A DNA stretch of 64,000 nucleotides from Octopus vulgaris (GCA_951406725.2 OX597838.1:9114001-9178000), one strand, 5' to 3'. Positions 1 to 13,214 are shown, counted from the stretch's first letter. The notes: generated by a model from the letters alone, not told the origin. Program-made: numbers and translations.

Positions 1-270
1 TAAAAACTTTTTCACTTACTAAGTGTTATACTAATGCATCTGTTTGTTGTCTACACCACCTGTCTTCGTCTTTTGTTTTTTCGTGAATTCTCCCTATATA
101 ATATATATAGGTATACCCCCCCCTATATATATATGTGACATTTACCATGTGAACTATGGTGAAAAAAATATGAGAAAGATATGGTTCATAATATCTTTGT
201 GCAGGGGTTCCTTGAGACATGTAATTTTATTTTAAGGGTTACGCAAAGATAAAAAGGTTGAGAAACACTG
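1..270. mobile_element. Probable right end of a hAT-type MITE
   Basis: Ends aaaggttgagaaacactg, similar to the CAGTG-type TIR; left end not seen. Confidence 0.4.
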
Positions 271-325
271 AATTAGAACAAATAAACTATTTGTGAATAA
301 TTAAAAATATAAAAATATTTATTAC

Positions 326-454
326 CCTTTTATCGAACTTTAGCCAGGCAACATATCCTTTGGAATCGACAAACTGTAATCCAAAGTACCAAGACTCCCG
401 AAGACCAATCGTTCGACACACCATTTCAAAAAGTTCTTTCCCTGTGGTTCGTGA
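326..454 (-). CDS. NF2: Merlin/NF2 coding exon 2 (43 aa)
   Basis: Acceptor ttgcag| at 455, donor AGG|gtaat at 325; [31 protein letters not shown]. Confidence 0.92.
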
Positions 455-1256
455 CTGCAAAACAAAGAAGGCAACAATGCAACATTTTGATAAAAATACG
501 AGAAATGTAAAAACTGCACCACAAACAAAGCAACAACAACAACGTGGAGGCACAATGGCCCAGTGGTTAGGGCAGTGGACTCGCGGTCGGAGGATCACAG
601 TTTCGATTACCAGACCGGGCGTTGCGTCTGTTTATTGAGCGAAAACATCTAAAGCTCCACGAGGCTCTGGCAGGGGGTGGTAGCGACCCCTATTGTACTC
701 TTTCGCCCCAACTTTCTCTTACTATTTCTTCCTGTTTCTTGTCCCCGACTTCCTACGCAACCGCTGAGCCTGGATGCGCATTCATCCATCAGTCGATGCT
801 CTTCGGTGTCGGGGGTTGACCAGCTTTCTCTTCTGCGGGTCTTACGAATAGCAAAGGACCACGTTTCGGACTTCTCTCACTACAGAAGACCGCTTCGCTC
901 AACATCATCAACATCAGTAACAACAAAACTGGACTGTTTGGATTCACAGAGAATTAACATTGTGTTTATGAAGAGAAATATTTGAAAGAGAAACAAATGG
1001 AAATGACATATGGGTTTATTTGAGGAATTTGGCAGACTTGTTTCATATTTATCAAATGGACATTTTTTCTTATCTTTTCTTTCTTTCATTTGTTTCAGTC
1101 ATTTGACTGTAGCCATGCTGGAGCACTGCTTTTAGTAAGCCTAGTACTTATTCTATTGGTCTCTTTTGCCAAACCACTAAGTTACGTAAACGTAAACACA
1201 CCAACATTGGTTATCAAGTGAAGGTGGGGACAAGCACAAACACACAAATATATATG

Positions 1257-1293
<37 letters not shown>

Positions 1294-4009
1294 CATCATC
1301 ATCGTTTAACGTCTGTTTTCCATGCTAGCATAGGTTGGACGGTTCAACTGGGGTCTGGGAAGCCAGAAGGCTGCACCAGGCTCCAGTCTGACCTGGCAGT
1401 GTTTCTACAGCTGGATGCCCTTCCTAATGCCAACCTCTCCGTGAGTGTAGTGGGTGCTTTTTACATGCCACTGGCACAGGTGCCAGACGAGGCTGGCAAA
1501 CGGCCATGATCGGATGGTGCTTTTTACGTGCCATCAGCACAGGGTATATATATATAAAAAACGAAAAATGGAACAAGAACATAACAAGCGACAACAAAAC
1601 ATCCAGACAGTTAGACGATACAAAGAAGGACAGGAAAAAACAAGGACGGGTCATTTGGAGCTTTCTATCGTCAGTCGAGTTCCAGATCGTCCCTGCAGTT
1701 TTGGCGGTTACACTCAAGACTGCTCCAATCAGGCTGGCCCCAAGAAAATCTAAGCTAATACACATCATCATTGTTTAGCGTCCGCTTTCCATGCTAGCAT
1801 GGGTTGGACGGTTCAACTGGGGTCTGGGAAGCCAGAAGGCTGCACCAGGCCCAGTCTGATCTGGCAATGTTTCTATGGCTGGATGCCCTTCCTAACACCA
1901 ACCACTCTGTGAGTGTAGTGGGTGCTTTTTACGTGCCACCGGCACAGGGGCCAGGTGAGGCTGGCAATGGCCACGATCGGATGGTGCTTTTTACGTGCCA
2001 ATATTTTGTAATATACATATAATGATCCCCTTTGGTCATGAATGACCATGGGATTGCACCCAGAAAGCTACCCTCCGAGGCACAAGTCCAGACAAGGTTG
2101 TTTACGGAAGGCCAGCAGTCATCTATGCATACCAGCCTCCCCTCTCCACACCACTGATGTTATCCAAGGGAGAGGCAAAAGGGCTGATACAGACTTATGC
2201 CTTGGAGGGGGACTTTCTTGGTGCAATCCCAAGGTCTGTGTCATGACCGAAGGGGGTCTTTACTGTTTTTAGCATGTTACATAGGATTAAATAAGAACAA
2301 CAGCTTTGGGCAGCATATTTATAGCTTCAGTTTCTTAGAAAACCCTAGTGCCCTCTTAGCCCATTTGACCATTTTAATACCAACCCTCATGAAACTGCCC
2401 CTTGGTCTATGATACAAATTTCCCCCTTTTTTTTTATATGTAAAGTGACCTAAATCAAAACCTTCCATCAAAGTTTCAGCTTAATTTATTTAAATATTCC
2501 AAACACCAACTTAATAATAACAAAGTTATTTTACTAAATTTATTGTGATTTTTTCAAAATTAATTGAAACAAAAATATAACAGATCTATAAAAAAAAAGT
2601 TAAATAATCCACCTCCACCAAAAAAAAAACAAAAAAACTACATTCTGTGAACACCAGATTTGTTTTTGTATATTTTGCTTTTCCACCAGTAATTGATAAT
2701 CTCAGGAATTTAACCAAAACTAAGTTACACTCCTGTAACCTAATTCAAAACCTAGTTTACAGTTTAACATACTTTGGATCGGTCTTACTAACAAACAACT
2801 TTATTAACGAAGATATGTGCAGTTGGCACATTTTCATCTGCGCTTTATGATAACTGAAAATATTTTCAGCATTTTACCTCACGCAGGTATCATCATCATC
2901 ATCATCCTCATTGTAGCATCCAACTTCTTCATATTTGCAGGAGTCAGTTGGCATTCAGTGAGGCAGACTGTTCCATGGTCTGACACCCTTCATGTCACCG
3001 ATCCTCACCTGTTTCCAAGCAAGGTAATGTTTTCCTAGTCTATCAAAGGAAGAACAGCCTGGGTGGACATAGCTTCACGGTAAAAAATACCCATTTCTTT
3101 ACTGCCCACAAGGGGCTAAACACAGAGGGGACAAACAAAGACAGACAAACGGATTAAGTCGATTATATCGACCCCAGTGCGTAACTGGTACTTATTTAAT
3201 CGGCCCCGAAAGGATGAAAGGCAAAGTCGACCTCGGCGGAATTTGAACTCAGAACGAAAAGACAAACGAAATACCTATTTGTTTACTACCCACAAGGAGC
3301 TAAACACAGAGAGGACAAACAAGGACAGACAAATGGATTAAGTCGATTATATTGATCCCAGTGCGTAACTGGTACTTAATTTATCGACCCCGAAAGGATG
3401 AAAGGCAAAGTCGACCTCGGCGGAATTTGAACTCAGAACGTAGCAGCAGACAAAATACCGCTAAGCATTTCACCCGGCGTGCTAACGTTTCTGCCAGCTC
3501 ACCGCTGCAATGGTAAAGAATACCATCTGAATGAAACTTTTGCTTATAAAGATCGTGCAACATGTTAAAAAGCAAGTAAAAAGGAACAAAAAAAAAAAAA
3601 AACCCCAGAAAAAATACAAAGTCACACAAATATACACACACTGCATCACCATCAATGTCCCCTTTTCCAGGTTTGCTTGAGTCAGGTGGAGTTTATTTCA
3701 GACATGTTTTCTACAGCTGGATGCCCTTCCTGTCACCAACCCTCACCTGTTTCTGAGCAAGGAGGTAATACTTCCCCCATGGCCACACAGGATTGCAAAG
3801 AATGTTGAAAAGAAGGGACACTGATCATATGACAGTGACAATCATTTCTAACTTTTGGGTGATGTCAAGAAAAGAACACATACACACACACGTGTGTATG
3901 TATATATATGCATGCATGTGCATATATATACATATATACACATATCGCAGCCACACACGTCCAGCCCTGTTAAGAATACTCCTGATGCATCAGGTGATAT
4001 GATATGCTT

Positions 4010-4594
4010 GAGAAGACCTGTTGAGTCAAGCAAAACCAATATCATAGCTGGAGCCGATGACCCCTGACTGGCTCCTGTGCCGATGGCACGTAAAAAGCAC
4101 CATCCGAAAGTGGTCGATGCCAGGTCCACCTGATTAGAACCTGTGCTTGTGGCACATAAAAAGCACCATCTGAACATGATCATTGCCAGGCCTGCCTTAC
4201 TGGCTCCTGTGCCAGTGGCACGTAAAGAGCACCAACCAATCGTGACCAATGCCAGTACCCACTGACTGGCTCCCGTTCTGGTGGCACGTATAAAGCATCA
4301 TCTGAATGTGACCGATGCCAGGGCCAACTGACTGGCTCCTGTGCTGGTGCACGTAAAAAGCACCATCTGAACATGATCATTGCCAGGCCCGCCTTACTGG
4401 CTCCTGTGCTGGTGCACGTAAAAAGCACCCACTACACTCTTAGAGTGGTTGGCATTAGGAAGGGCATCCAGCTGTAGAAACATTGCCAGACCAGATTGGA
4501 GCCTGGTGCAACCGCTGGCTCTCCAGACCTCAGTCAAACCATCCAACCCATGCCAGCATGGGAAACAGGCATTAAACAATGATGATGATGATGA
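4010..4594 (+). mobile_element. Family C retroposon ((GAT)n tail, internal ~60-bp VNTR); more than 20 copies or fragments in the window
   Basis: Conserved 3' part ggttggcgttaggaagggcatccagc...catggaaagcggacgttaaac(gat)n preceded by tandem gtgccggtggcacgtaaaaagcacc units. Confidence 0.8.
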
Positions 4595-6280
4595 TAATAT
4601 ACAGACACACACATACATATAGATATATATATGTACGTATATATGTATGCATACATGTGTGTTCTATTATTTGTTTGTCATTTGACTGTGGCCATGCTGG
4701 AGCACCACCTTTAGTTGAACAAATCGACCCCAGGAAAAAGACCTTTTGATCTCTTTCCAATGCAACATTCTGAAATTTTTCTCAAAGATTTCCAGATATT
4801 CCTAGCAGTGATATTCACCAAATTCATAATATTTACTGCACTTCACACTGCTTTTTTCCATGAATTTTGTAGAATAATGTAAGACTGTAGTATTTAAGAC
4901 CATGTGGTCTTGGATCCAGTCCTGCTACATGGCGTCTTGTGCAAGTGTTTTCTATTATAGCCCCGAGCTAATCAAACCCTCGTGAGTGGATTTCAAAAGA
5001 AAGAAGCCCAGAGTGTGTGTGTGTGTGTGTACTCTTGTCCACAAATCATGTGATGATTATAAACATGCATCACTGTCATACACACGATGGTGTTCATTTC
5101 CAGTCTACCATAAAAAAAACATGTCTGGTCATGGGGAAATGTTACCTTGATTGGAAACAGGTAAAGGCTGGCAACAGAAAAATCTACCTCAATGAACCTT
5201 ACCTCTGACACTACAAGGATGGAAACATAAGATATAAAACAGTGATGATGATAATGACACTGATGTACAATCAAAGGGCGGCGAGCTGGCAGAAACGTTA
5301 GCACGCCGGGTGAAATGCTTAGTGGTATTTCGTCTGCCGCTACGTTCTGAGTTCAAATTCCGCTGAGGTCGACTTTGCCTTTCATCCTTTCGGGGTCGAT
5401 TAAATAAGTACCAGTTACGCACTGGGGTCGATATAATCGACTTAATCCGTGTGTCTGTCCTTGTTTGTCCCCTCTGTGTTTAGCCCCTTGTGGGTAATAA
5501 AGAAATAGGTATTTCGTCTGCTGTTACGTTCTGAGTTCAAATTCCGCCGAGGTCGACTCTGCCTTTCATCCTTTCGGGGTCGATTAAATAAGTACCAGTT
5601 ACGCACTGGGTTCGATATAATCGACTTAATCCGTGTGTCTTTCCTTGTTTGTTCCCTCTGTGTTTAGCCCCTTGTGGGTAGTAGAGAAATAGGTACTGAT
5701 GTATATCTTGGCTTTCTGAATAGATACACCATTGCCACATTGCTACATGTCATAAGAGAGGACAAACAATGGTTTGTGACAGGAAGGACACAGACCAGTG
5801 AAACGCTGTCTCACAATGTCCTGTCCAAATACCAGAATGGCAAACCGGACGTAGAAGCTATGCCGATGACTTCCTGTTTTATTTCTTCCAAAACATTTTA
5901 GATTTTCCATTCACATTGCCAATGTTGATGATGATGATGACTTCAGTAAAACAAAAAAAAAACAAAACCGCTCCTTGATCATAGTTTAATTAAGTTCATG
6001 TTTAATTAAGATCATGTTTGATTAAGTTATATTTGTTATTATTTGTAGTATTTTTAGGCTGCCACACCTGTCTATTTTGCAAAATATTCGGCTTTTTGCA
6101 GTCAAAACAGTTGTTTTTATATTTCCGCGTTCTTTTACTTTGGATCCATTACCATAAAAAGGAAAATAAGACCCTTTCTTTATGCAAATAAAATTGTTTG
6201 TAAACCCAAGACAAGCTTAATACACAGATCTTTTATTTGTCTCAGTCATTTAACTATGGCCAAGCTGGGGCACTGCCTTG

Positions 6281-6638
6281 AAAATGCTAAGTTACAGGCT
6301 TCACAGGCAAGGTGACTTTCAGATGCCCGGTCAAGTAGGAGTGTGTGCCATGACGGGCATGGATGTCACGAACACAAACCCAGGTGAAGCTGACCCTTGA
6401 TGCAATAACCTCGTGCACAGATATTGCTGACATTTTGCATGGACAATGGTCAGAGAAGACCATCACTGACCATTGTCCATGCAAAATGTCAGCAATATCT
6501 GTGCACGAGGTTATTGCATCAAGGGTCAGCTTCACCCGGGTTTGTGCTCGTGGCATCCCTGCCTGTCGTGGCACACACTCCTACTTGACCAAGCATCCGA
6601 AAGTCACCTTGCCTGTGAAGCCTGTAACTTAACATTTT
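6281..6638. repeat. Long inverted repeat (arms ~173 bp, loop 12 nt)
   Basis: Left arm is the reverse complement of the right arm; inner ~70 bp identical. Confidence 0.95.
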
Positions 6639-7235
6639 AAGTCCAATAAAGTTTGTACAACACCTCACAGACCCCACTCCATCAATACTAACATGGTCCA
6701 CAGACAAAACCAGGGCAGAGTCTATAGTACCACCATGGGTTGCAGGCTCAGGAATGTGGAAGCACCATGATCTCAAGAGCAAACAAATGTTAAATGCCAT
6801 TCCCTCCATATATGGTTTCATATCAGAGTGACCTTTTCCTAGAGACAAGCTTTAACAAAAGCTGAGGGATTCCTCACTCCCAGTGGCTTCCCAAGATGCC
6901 AAACACCAACCCAGAATTCACGAGGGGCTCTGCTATTGCTAGACAGTCATTGAACCTATACTGGGTTCCTCTGTCATTTTCACAGGTCTTGGTTTTAGTC
7001 CAGGCAAGGTTAGTGAAGGGGCTAGTTTAGCTGCTGATGACCCAACCACACAACAGGTTGTACTGGATTCCACGTTACCAGTAGCACTCATGAGAGACCT
7101 CACAAGTGACCTGACAAACACACACACACACACACACCGTGCTTCAGCACAATTTCCATCTACCAAATTCCACTCACAAGGTATGGATCAACCTGAAGCT
7201 AGAGAAGACATCTGCCCCGGGCTGCTATTCAGAGG

Positions 7236-7281
<46 letters not shown>

Positions 7282-7824
7282 TGTACAGTGCTCAGGTGCA
7301 CTACCACTCATCTAAAGTGTATGTATAATCAGGTGTAGTTTCGGCGGATTTCGGAAAGCATGAGGGCCTTAGTAAGATCGAACCTGAAACGTTTGTATAT
7401 AAAACATAAACAAACAGAAATTGCATTGCAGTATATTAACGGGTTCCTTAGGAGATTCAGAGACTCCATAATACCAAACGATGATATGTCACCTCTAAAC
7501 GAGGAAGCGGTTATAAACAGGTCGACAGTAGCTTTTCATGTTTCCATTTATTGATGCCAAACACCGAATAGGAACTGAAGTTGTGCAACTATTATAGAAC
7601 AGCAATATTACTGAAGGGCACTGATCCAGTATGGCCGTAACCCAGCTGGCTAAAAACAAACAATAATATATGTGCCTGATAAAAGATATTTTCATCGCGT
7701 CAAATGGCTGTGTGAAATTTGGTTATCTCATATAAATAAACTTTCGTAACTCCTTCGCTGTCGTGTCTGTATATATATATATATATATATATTATATGCA
7801 TATATATATGTGTGTATGTGTGTA

Positions 7825-8480
7825 TTCCTAAAGAATAGTCGGGAATTATCTAGTGCGCCAAAAAAAAAAAACGAAAACGTAAATTCTTCAGTTGTAAATG
7901 CTTTAAGCATCGTAGATGACGATTCTACGAAAAACAAAAAAGTTTTTGTTGGCGGGGGTGGGTAGCGGGGGGGGGTCGTTCCACCCCCGCCCGCCCCAGC
8001 CGTTGGCCCACCTTTTCCGTAAATTTTTTTTTAGTTTTGACCTTCTTTTTTTTTTTTTCGAAAAAAAAAAAAAAAATTCCTCTTCAGATATATAAAGCTT
8101 TAAAAAAAGTTACGCGCAGAGTTTTCGGCAAAACTCGTGTCTCTAAAGACGTTCGAAAAAAAAAAAAAAACATAGATCTGAGCAAAAATTTTTTACAAAA
8201 AGGAAGTAAATAAAACTAAAAAAAAAAAAAAAAAAAAAATTGATAAGTTACGAGGGAAAACGAAAGGTTGGTAGGGGGAGGGGGGGGGGGCACAACAAAA
8301 ATATTCCATCCCCACCTTCCCCCTCCCCCGATCTTGTATTTTTTTTTGTTGTGTTTTTTTCCGTAACAGAATCGTCATCTGCGATTCTTAAAACGTACAC
8401 ATGCGAATAAGATAGGGTCTGAGGGGAGAGAGAGATTGGGGCAGATAGGGGCACTTAGCAATTTCCGATTCTTTTAGGAA
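7825..8480. mobile_element. Putative old TIR element
   Basis: Imperfect ~30-bp inverted ends ttcctaaagaat..gtgcgcc / ggcact..attcttttaggaa. Confidence 0.35.
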
Positions 8481-8734
8481 CTGTTTTACAACTTCAAAAA
8501 CATGAATAAATAAAAATATATTATTTGTCATTAAATCGGCAAAAGTTACAAAATAACTCCCACAGAGACGAGAGTTTCCAGCATTGGAACCAAGTGAAAA
8601 CTATTTAACAAGTTCCGATGCACAAAAACTCCAGGTCCTTCAGTCACTTTGGTAACGGCATTCTTTAGGTATTAGTATCACATATGTAAGAAAGCTCCTT
8701 GTAACTTTGACAGAATAATATATGGCATATATAA

Positions 8735-8743
8735 TTATATATA

Positions 8744-8818
<75 letters not shown>

Positions 8819-8825
8819 GTATATG

Positions 8826-8877
<52 letters not shown>

Positions 8878-9272
8878 CGTGTGTATATATATATATATAT
8901 TAGATGAAATGAGGTAATCAGAAGATCGGATGGTTTATATTTACAGATATTTATTTATATATTACATTTTTATATATATATATCATATCATTCAGATCAT
9001 TGGCGCTTTCTCCCATTCTAGTGGGGTTTTCAAATCAAAATAATACACATATATTTATACACACATGCAAACACAGGGCAGTTCTCAAAAGAATTGGTGA
9101 GCAACACAGAATTTGATAGTAAAATACGCTAAAGAATGACTAAATTTGACTAACGAGACTCAGATTCTCGACCGAGAAGAATCGGTAAATCTGATGAACC
9201 GACAGGAAAAACTTCGTCAAACTTAGGAAGTTTCAACTTCTATATATAAGTATGGGTGTGTGTATGTATATG

Positions 9273-9316
<44 letters not shown>

Positions 9317-9319
9317 TAC

Positions 9320-9375
<56 letters not shown>

Positions 9376-9420
9376 GGTTAATATATTAACCATATATATA
9401 AATATATATGTATATATATG

Positions 9421-9461
<41 letters not shown>
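8735..9461. repeat. (TA)n/(TG)n microsatellite blocks (8735-8901, 9255-9461)
   Basis: Direct inspection. Confidence 0.85.
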
Positions 9462-9463
<2 letters not shown>

Positions 9464-9509
9464 TGAGAGAAAGAGAGAGAGAGAGATACAAACAGAGGAA
9501 TGGACTTAC

Positions 9510-9614
9510 TTCGATGACAAACTGTAGCTCAGCATCCATAGTGGCCACCCTGACGGGATAGGTTTTGGCGTTGGACGACACAGATGCCACTTTCTTCATG
9601 TTTGCGAATGGCAT
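9510..9614 (-). CDS. NF2: Merlin/NF2 coding exon 1 (35 aa)
   Basis: ATG at 9614-9612; [16 protein letters not shown] start motif; phase-0 donor GAA|gtaagt at 9509. Confidence 0.88.
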
Positions 9615-10549
9615 TTTCGTAAGGAATTCTGGAATAAATCTAAAGATAAATATCCACACTTTGGAAATAACAAGTAAGTAAGTAACTACTACCCCCAGAA
9701 GCCGTTCGTTAGGTTATTCCCGAAGAGGAGTTGTGGCAGACGTAAACAGTGCGAGGTTTTCTTTCTCTTTTTGAACCCATGCAACACAAGCAACATTGGC
9801 TTCTTCTGAAGGAATTTGGAAAGATATATGGATATATATATGTATATTTATATATATATATGTAGTATAGGGTGGGAGTCGTCGTAGAGGAGCCAGGTGA
9901 TGGTGTTCTTGCGATCGAAGCAACAGGTTTAGAGGAAAGTTCCGAAGAATGGGGGTTTTTTTTTTATATAAATAAATAAATAAATACTCAAAGACTGGAA
10001 TCCGTCTTTTGGGACATTTCGGACGTTATTTACAACCGCAATTAACTTCGTGTAAAGTTTGAGAAATGTTTGGGGGAAAAAAGGACAATCACAGGATGCT
10101 GAGATGATCGGGGATGAAATCTAAGAGGAATTTCCCCAACCGAGCGATCGTCAAAGCGTATAAAAATCGATCGACGAACGATCGATCGATCGACGATTGG
10201 AATTCGTCGAGAAATGGTAAAATTGTGGAGATTCCTGTCTGTCGGTTAGGTGCTGCCACACAGCGGACACTCACTCACAACACGCAATCAAGATAGATAA
10301 CTCTAGATTTTTTTTTTCTTTTTTGGGGAAGTTTCCTCTTGTGTTATTTTATTTCATCGCTGCCACATAGCGGCGGATATGTGCAAAACAGGGGCAGATA
10401 ACTTTTGGCACCAACTCGATCTTTCGCGCCATTTCTGGCTCAAGTCGATCCTTTAATTATTTGCCTTCAGAGAAACACAGAGACACACATTGAATGATAT
10501 TTTAGAGTTTATATATTATTTTAGTGTTCTTCGTTGGTATTTAAGCATC
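9615..10549. promoter_or_regulatory. Putative bidirectional promoter/5'UTR region shared by NF2 and RPA1
   Basis: Divergent ATGs about 935 bp apart; CpG-richer than flanks and free of SINEs. Confidence 0.65.
10422..10429 (+). promoter_or_regulatory. E2F consensus site TTTCGCGC
   Basis: Exact TTTSGCGC about 120 bp upstream of the RPA1 ATG; replication genes are classic E2F targets. Confidence 0.55.
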
Positions 10550-10582
10550 ATGAGTTACCAGTTGACCTCAGGAGCATTACAG
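10550..10582 (+). CDS. RPA1: RPA1 exon 1 (MSYQLTSGALQ)
   Basis: ATG at 10550; CAG|gtattt donor; resembles the RPA70 N-terminus. Confidence 0.85.
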
Positions 10583-11819
10583 GTATTTAGAATTAAATCA
10601 AAAACAGTTTATTTTCTATTTTCTTTCGATGTTGTCTTTGAGTGATTCAAACAAAAAACAATCTTTTGGCGAATGTTTTTGCTTTATTTTCCCCCTCAAT
10701 TCTTCTCTTAAAATAAATTTCGAATTTATATAAACGTCTGCGTTAGCAACATTCACAAGCGTTTGTCGTATTGCAAGTTCCTTTTATGGTGACGAATACT
10801 TTAATTTAAAACTAAACTGCGCATTCGTATTTCATGGTAACATGTTTTAAAAGAAGGTACAAGTACCTTAAAAGAATTTCTAATTGTTTTAGATCAATAA
10901 AGTCTGTGTGTTTGTGTAAATATCTGAACGTCCAGTCTGGTATTAATTACTTCAAACTATGAAAAAAAAAAAAAAAAATGGTTTGCAAACAAAAGCATTT
11001 AAGTTGTGAAGGAGCTCCTTTGGTTCTGCTTCCTCCAGATGCGAAATCGAATCCAGTTGTGTCACAAATAAATATTGGTAATTCTTCTCCATGATTTTCT
11101 TTCTGCGTAACTTTCTGAAAAAGAAAAGAAGAAATAAAGACTTTTGGTTAATGAAATTTTTGCAAAGATACATTTTTGTGTTGGTTACAACAACTCTTTG
11201 TTCGGTTCCTCCAGCTTTTCCGAAGATGATGAACGCCCTCTTTGATTCTGTTAATTGCTTGACATTTTCGTCAACTATTTCGTTGACGTTGTAGTATTCG
11301 TTCATTGCTCAAGACCATTATTGAAATAAAAGTTACTTACAACTGGGGACCAAACCTGAACTGCGGATCCACCCCAGATCATCGCCAACGACCCTATGGA
11401 GACAAGTTTCCATATTTGCGATCGTAAAACTCGGGAAATTTATTTAATTTCAAGATAGGAACAATAATATTTCAACTATGTATATTTTGCGTTGATGTAA
11501 TTTGCCTAAAAGAACTCTCTTGAATGTGGTGCCCCAGCATGGCTACAGTCCAGTCTCTGAATCAGAAAAAGAATATAGCTTTATACTATATATATTTTTT
11601 TTTTTTTTTCCATTTTTAAAAATAATATACCTGTGGCATAGCCCGTGCTGTGCCACGTCGAAATGTAGAAGCCATGCTGAAGCAGACGGTTGGAGTCTGG
11701 TGCCAACTTGTGTCAAACCGCCGAACCCATGCCAGCATGGAAAACAGACGTTAAATGATGATATGCAGTGACTATGGTAATAACAGTGTTTCTTTATTAT
11801 TTTTTTATTTTTCTTTCAG

Positions 11820-11867
11820 ACTATAATCAATGGAGAGAATATCGAGAAGCCAATTCTTCAAATTTTG
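11820..11867 (+). CDS. RPA1: RPA1 exon 2 (TIINGENIEKPILQIL)
   Basis: Pyrimidine tract + cag|; |gtaaat; KPILQ motif of RPA70N. Confidence 0.88.
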
Positions 11868-12769
11868 GTAAATATTTTATTTCTGAAAATTTGAATAAAT
11901 TATGAAATTAATTGCCAGAAATTTTGATTGCTTCATGTATTGAGGGTCATGTTTTAGGCCAACATAGTCCATTGATTCTCAGCTTATGGACCCCTCTGAT
12001 TCTTATTTCACTGTACAGGGCCCTCATCGCCATGAGTGTAGTGGGTGCTTTTTACATGCCACCAGCACAGGTGCCAGACGAGGATGGCAAACGGCCACGG
12101 TCGGATGGTGCTTTTATGTGCCTGCTTATCAGCTTGGACAATTATTGTGCGGAAATCGCGATACACAGATATTGTTTTGAACTGAGTGGGGGTACTAGAT
12201 TGCCTTACTCAAAAATATAAGGGCACAGATCGTGTCGTATAGCCAGCTGGAGATAATGTCTCTAGGGGTTAAATTACAGCAACATTCATCCTAAACTAGG
12301 ACTGCCATGTTATGTTGGTAATTTTCTAAGAAGGTATAAGTTTTGTAATCTGAAAAACAAAGGAAAAAATGGATAACATTTAGTTCTTGTGTCTAATTGT
12401 GCAAAGGCACATGGCTTAGTAGTTAGGGTGTTACACTCGTGATCTTACAATCATGGTTTCAATTCCTGGGCCATGCAGTACATTGTGTTCTTGAGCAAAA
12501 TGTATCATTTCATCCAGATCCAGTCTACTCAGCTGTAAATGAGTTCCAGCCAGGGTTGGGAAGTTGACCCTCCAAAGGACTATCATCCCATCCAGGGATT
12601 TAAGCATCATAGGAAGCGGATTAAACTCGAGCCTTGTGAGTCCTGGGGCTCATGAAAGAAAAAAATGAAGTATTATGATGCACCTTTATAATCTTCAGGT
12701 TTAAGAATCTTGTAACAGGAGTAAATATTGTATCTCATTAAAATAACACCTTGTTTTTCTCTCCCCTAG

Positions 12770-12848
12770 AGTTCAAAAAAGATCCCAAGTTCTGCTGGCG
12801 CTGAACGATATCGTCTTTTATTGTCCGATGGTCAGCTGAGTTACTCCA
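12770..12848 (+). CDS. RPA1: RPA1 exon 3 (SSKKIPSSAGAERYRLLLSDGQLSYS)
   Basis: cctag|, |gtgagt; RYRLLLSDG motif. Confidence 0.92.
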
Positions 12849-13214
12849 GTGAGTTTTTTTTTTGTTTATATTTATGTGTGTGTGTATATATATATCTTGA
12901 AGTGAATTATTGTGAACTCTTGTAAGTAGATATGGTTAGTGGAAACTGAAAGAAGCCCATTGCGTGTGTGTGTCTGTGTTTTGTTGTCTTTACAGTATAG
13001 ATACAAATAAACAAGCGTTGCTGTCATACAAGTGAAATCCTTTTTCTGGAAACATTTCTGGTCATGGGGGTTGATATTACCTTCCTTTGAAAACTGGTGA
13101 AGGTTGGCATCAGGTCTCAGAAAATCTGCCTGCCTTAGTGAATTTCATCTGACCCATGCAAGCATAGTAAAATGGACGTTAAAACACATGATGATGATGG
13201 TATTTTTATTGTAA

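Larger units (their letters stand above)
326..9614 (-). other. NF2: Merlin/NF2 gene span, 5' part (2 coding exons; rest lies beyond the window start)
   Basis: Spliced N-terminus [35 protein letters not shown]|[43 protein letters not shown] is a FERM F1 lobe. [16 protein letters not shown] and the N-terminal extension fit merlin rather than ezrin/moesin. Confidence 0.88.

Noticed and set aside
326-454. Assignment as moesin/ezrin/radixin
   Set aside because: [13 protein letters not shown] and the N-terminal extension match merlin; ERM proteins have VKTIGLREVW and a shorter N-terminus
4060-4430. Regularly spaced repeats resembling a CRISPR array (also 31390-31745)
   Set aside because: The 'spacers' are diverged copies of each other, the context is eukaryotic and there are no cas genes; this is a VNTR inside a retroposon
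6287-6632. Mirror-image ORFs on both strands
   Set aside because: A consequence of the inverted repeat; no protein family recognised
9191-9218. Hammerhead-like CTGATGA...GAAA motifs (also ~7677, ~16425-16450 minus, ~41310)
   Set aside because: Core or stem II is degenerate and I could not build convincing stems I/III. At most they are decayed Penelope-type remnants; an Infernal search would settle it.
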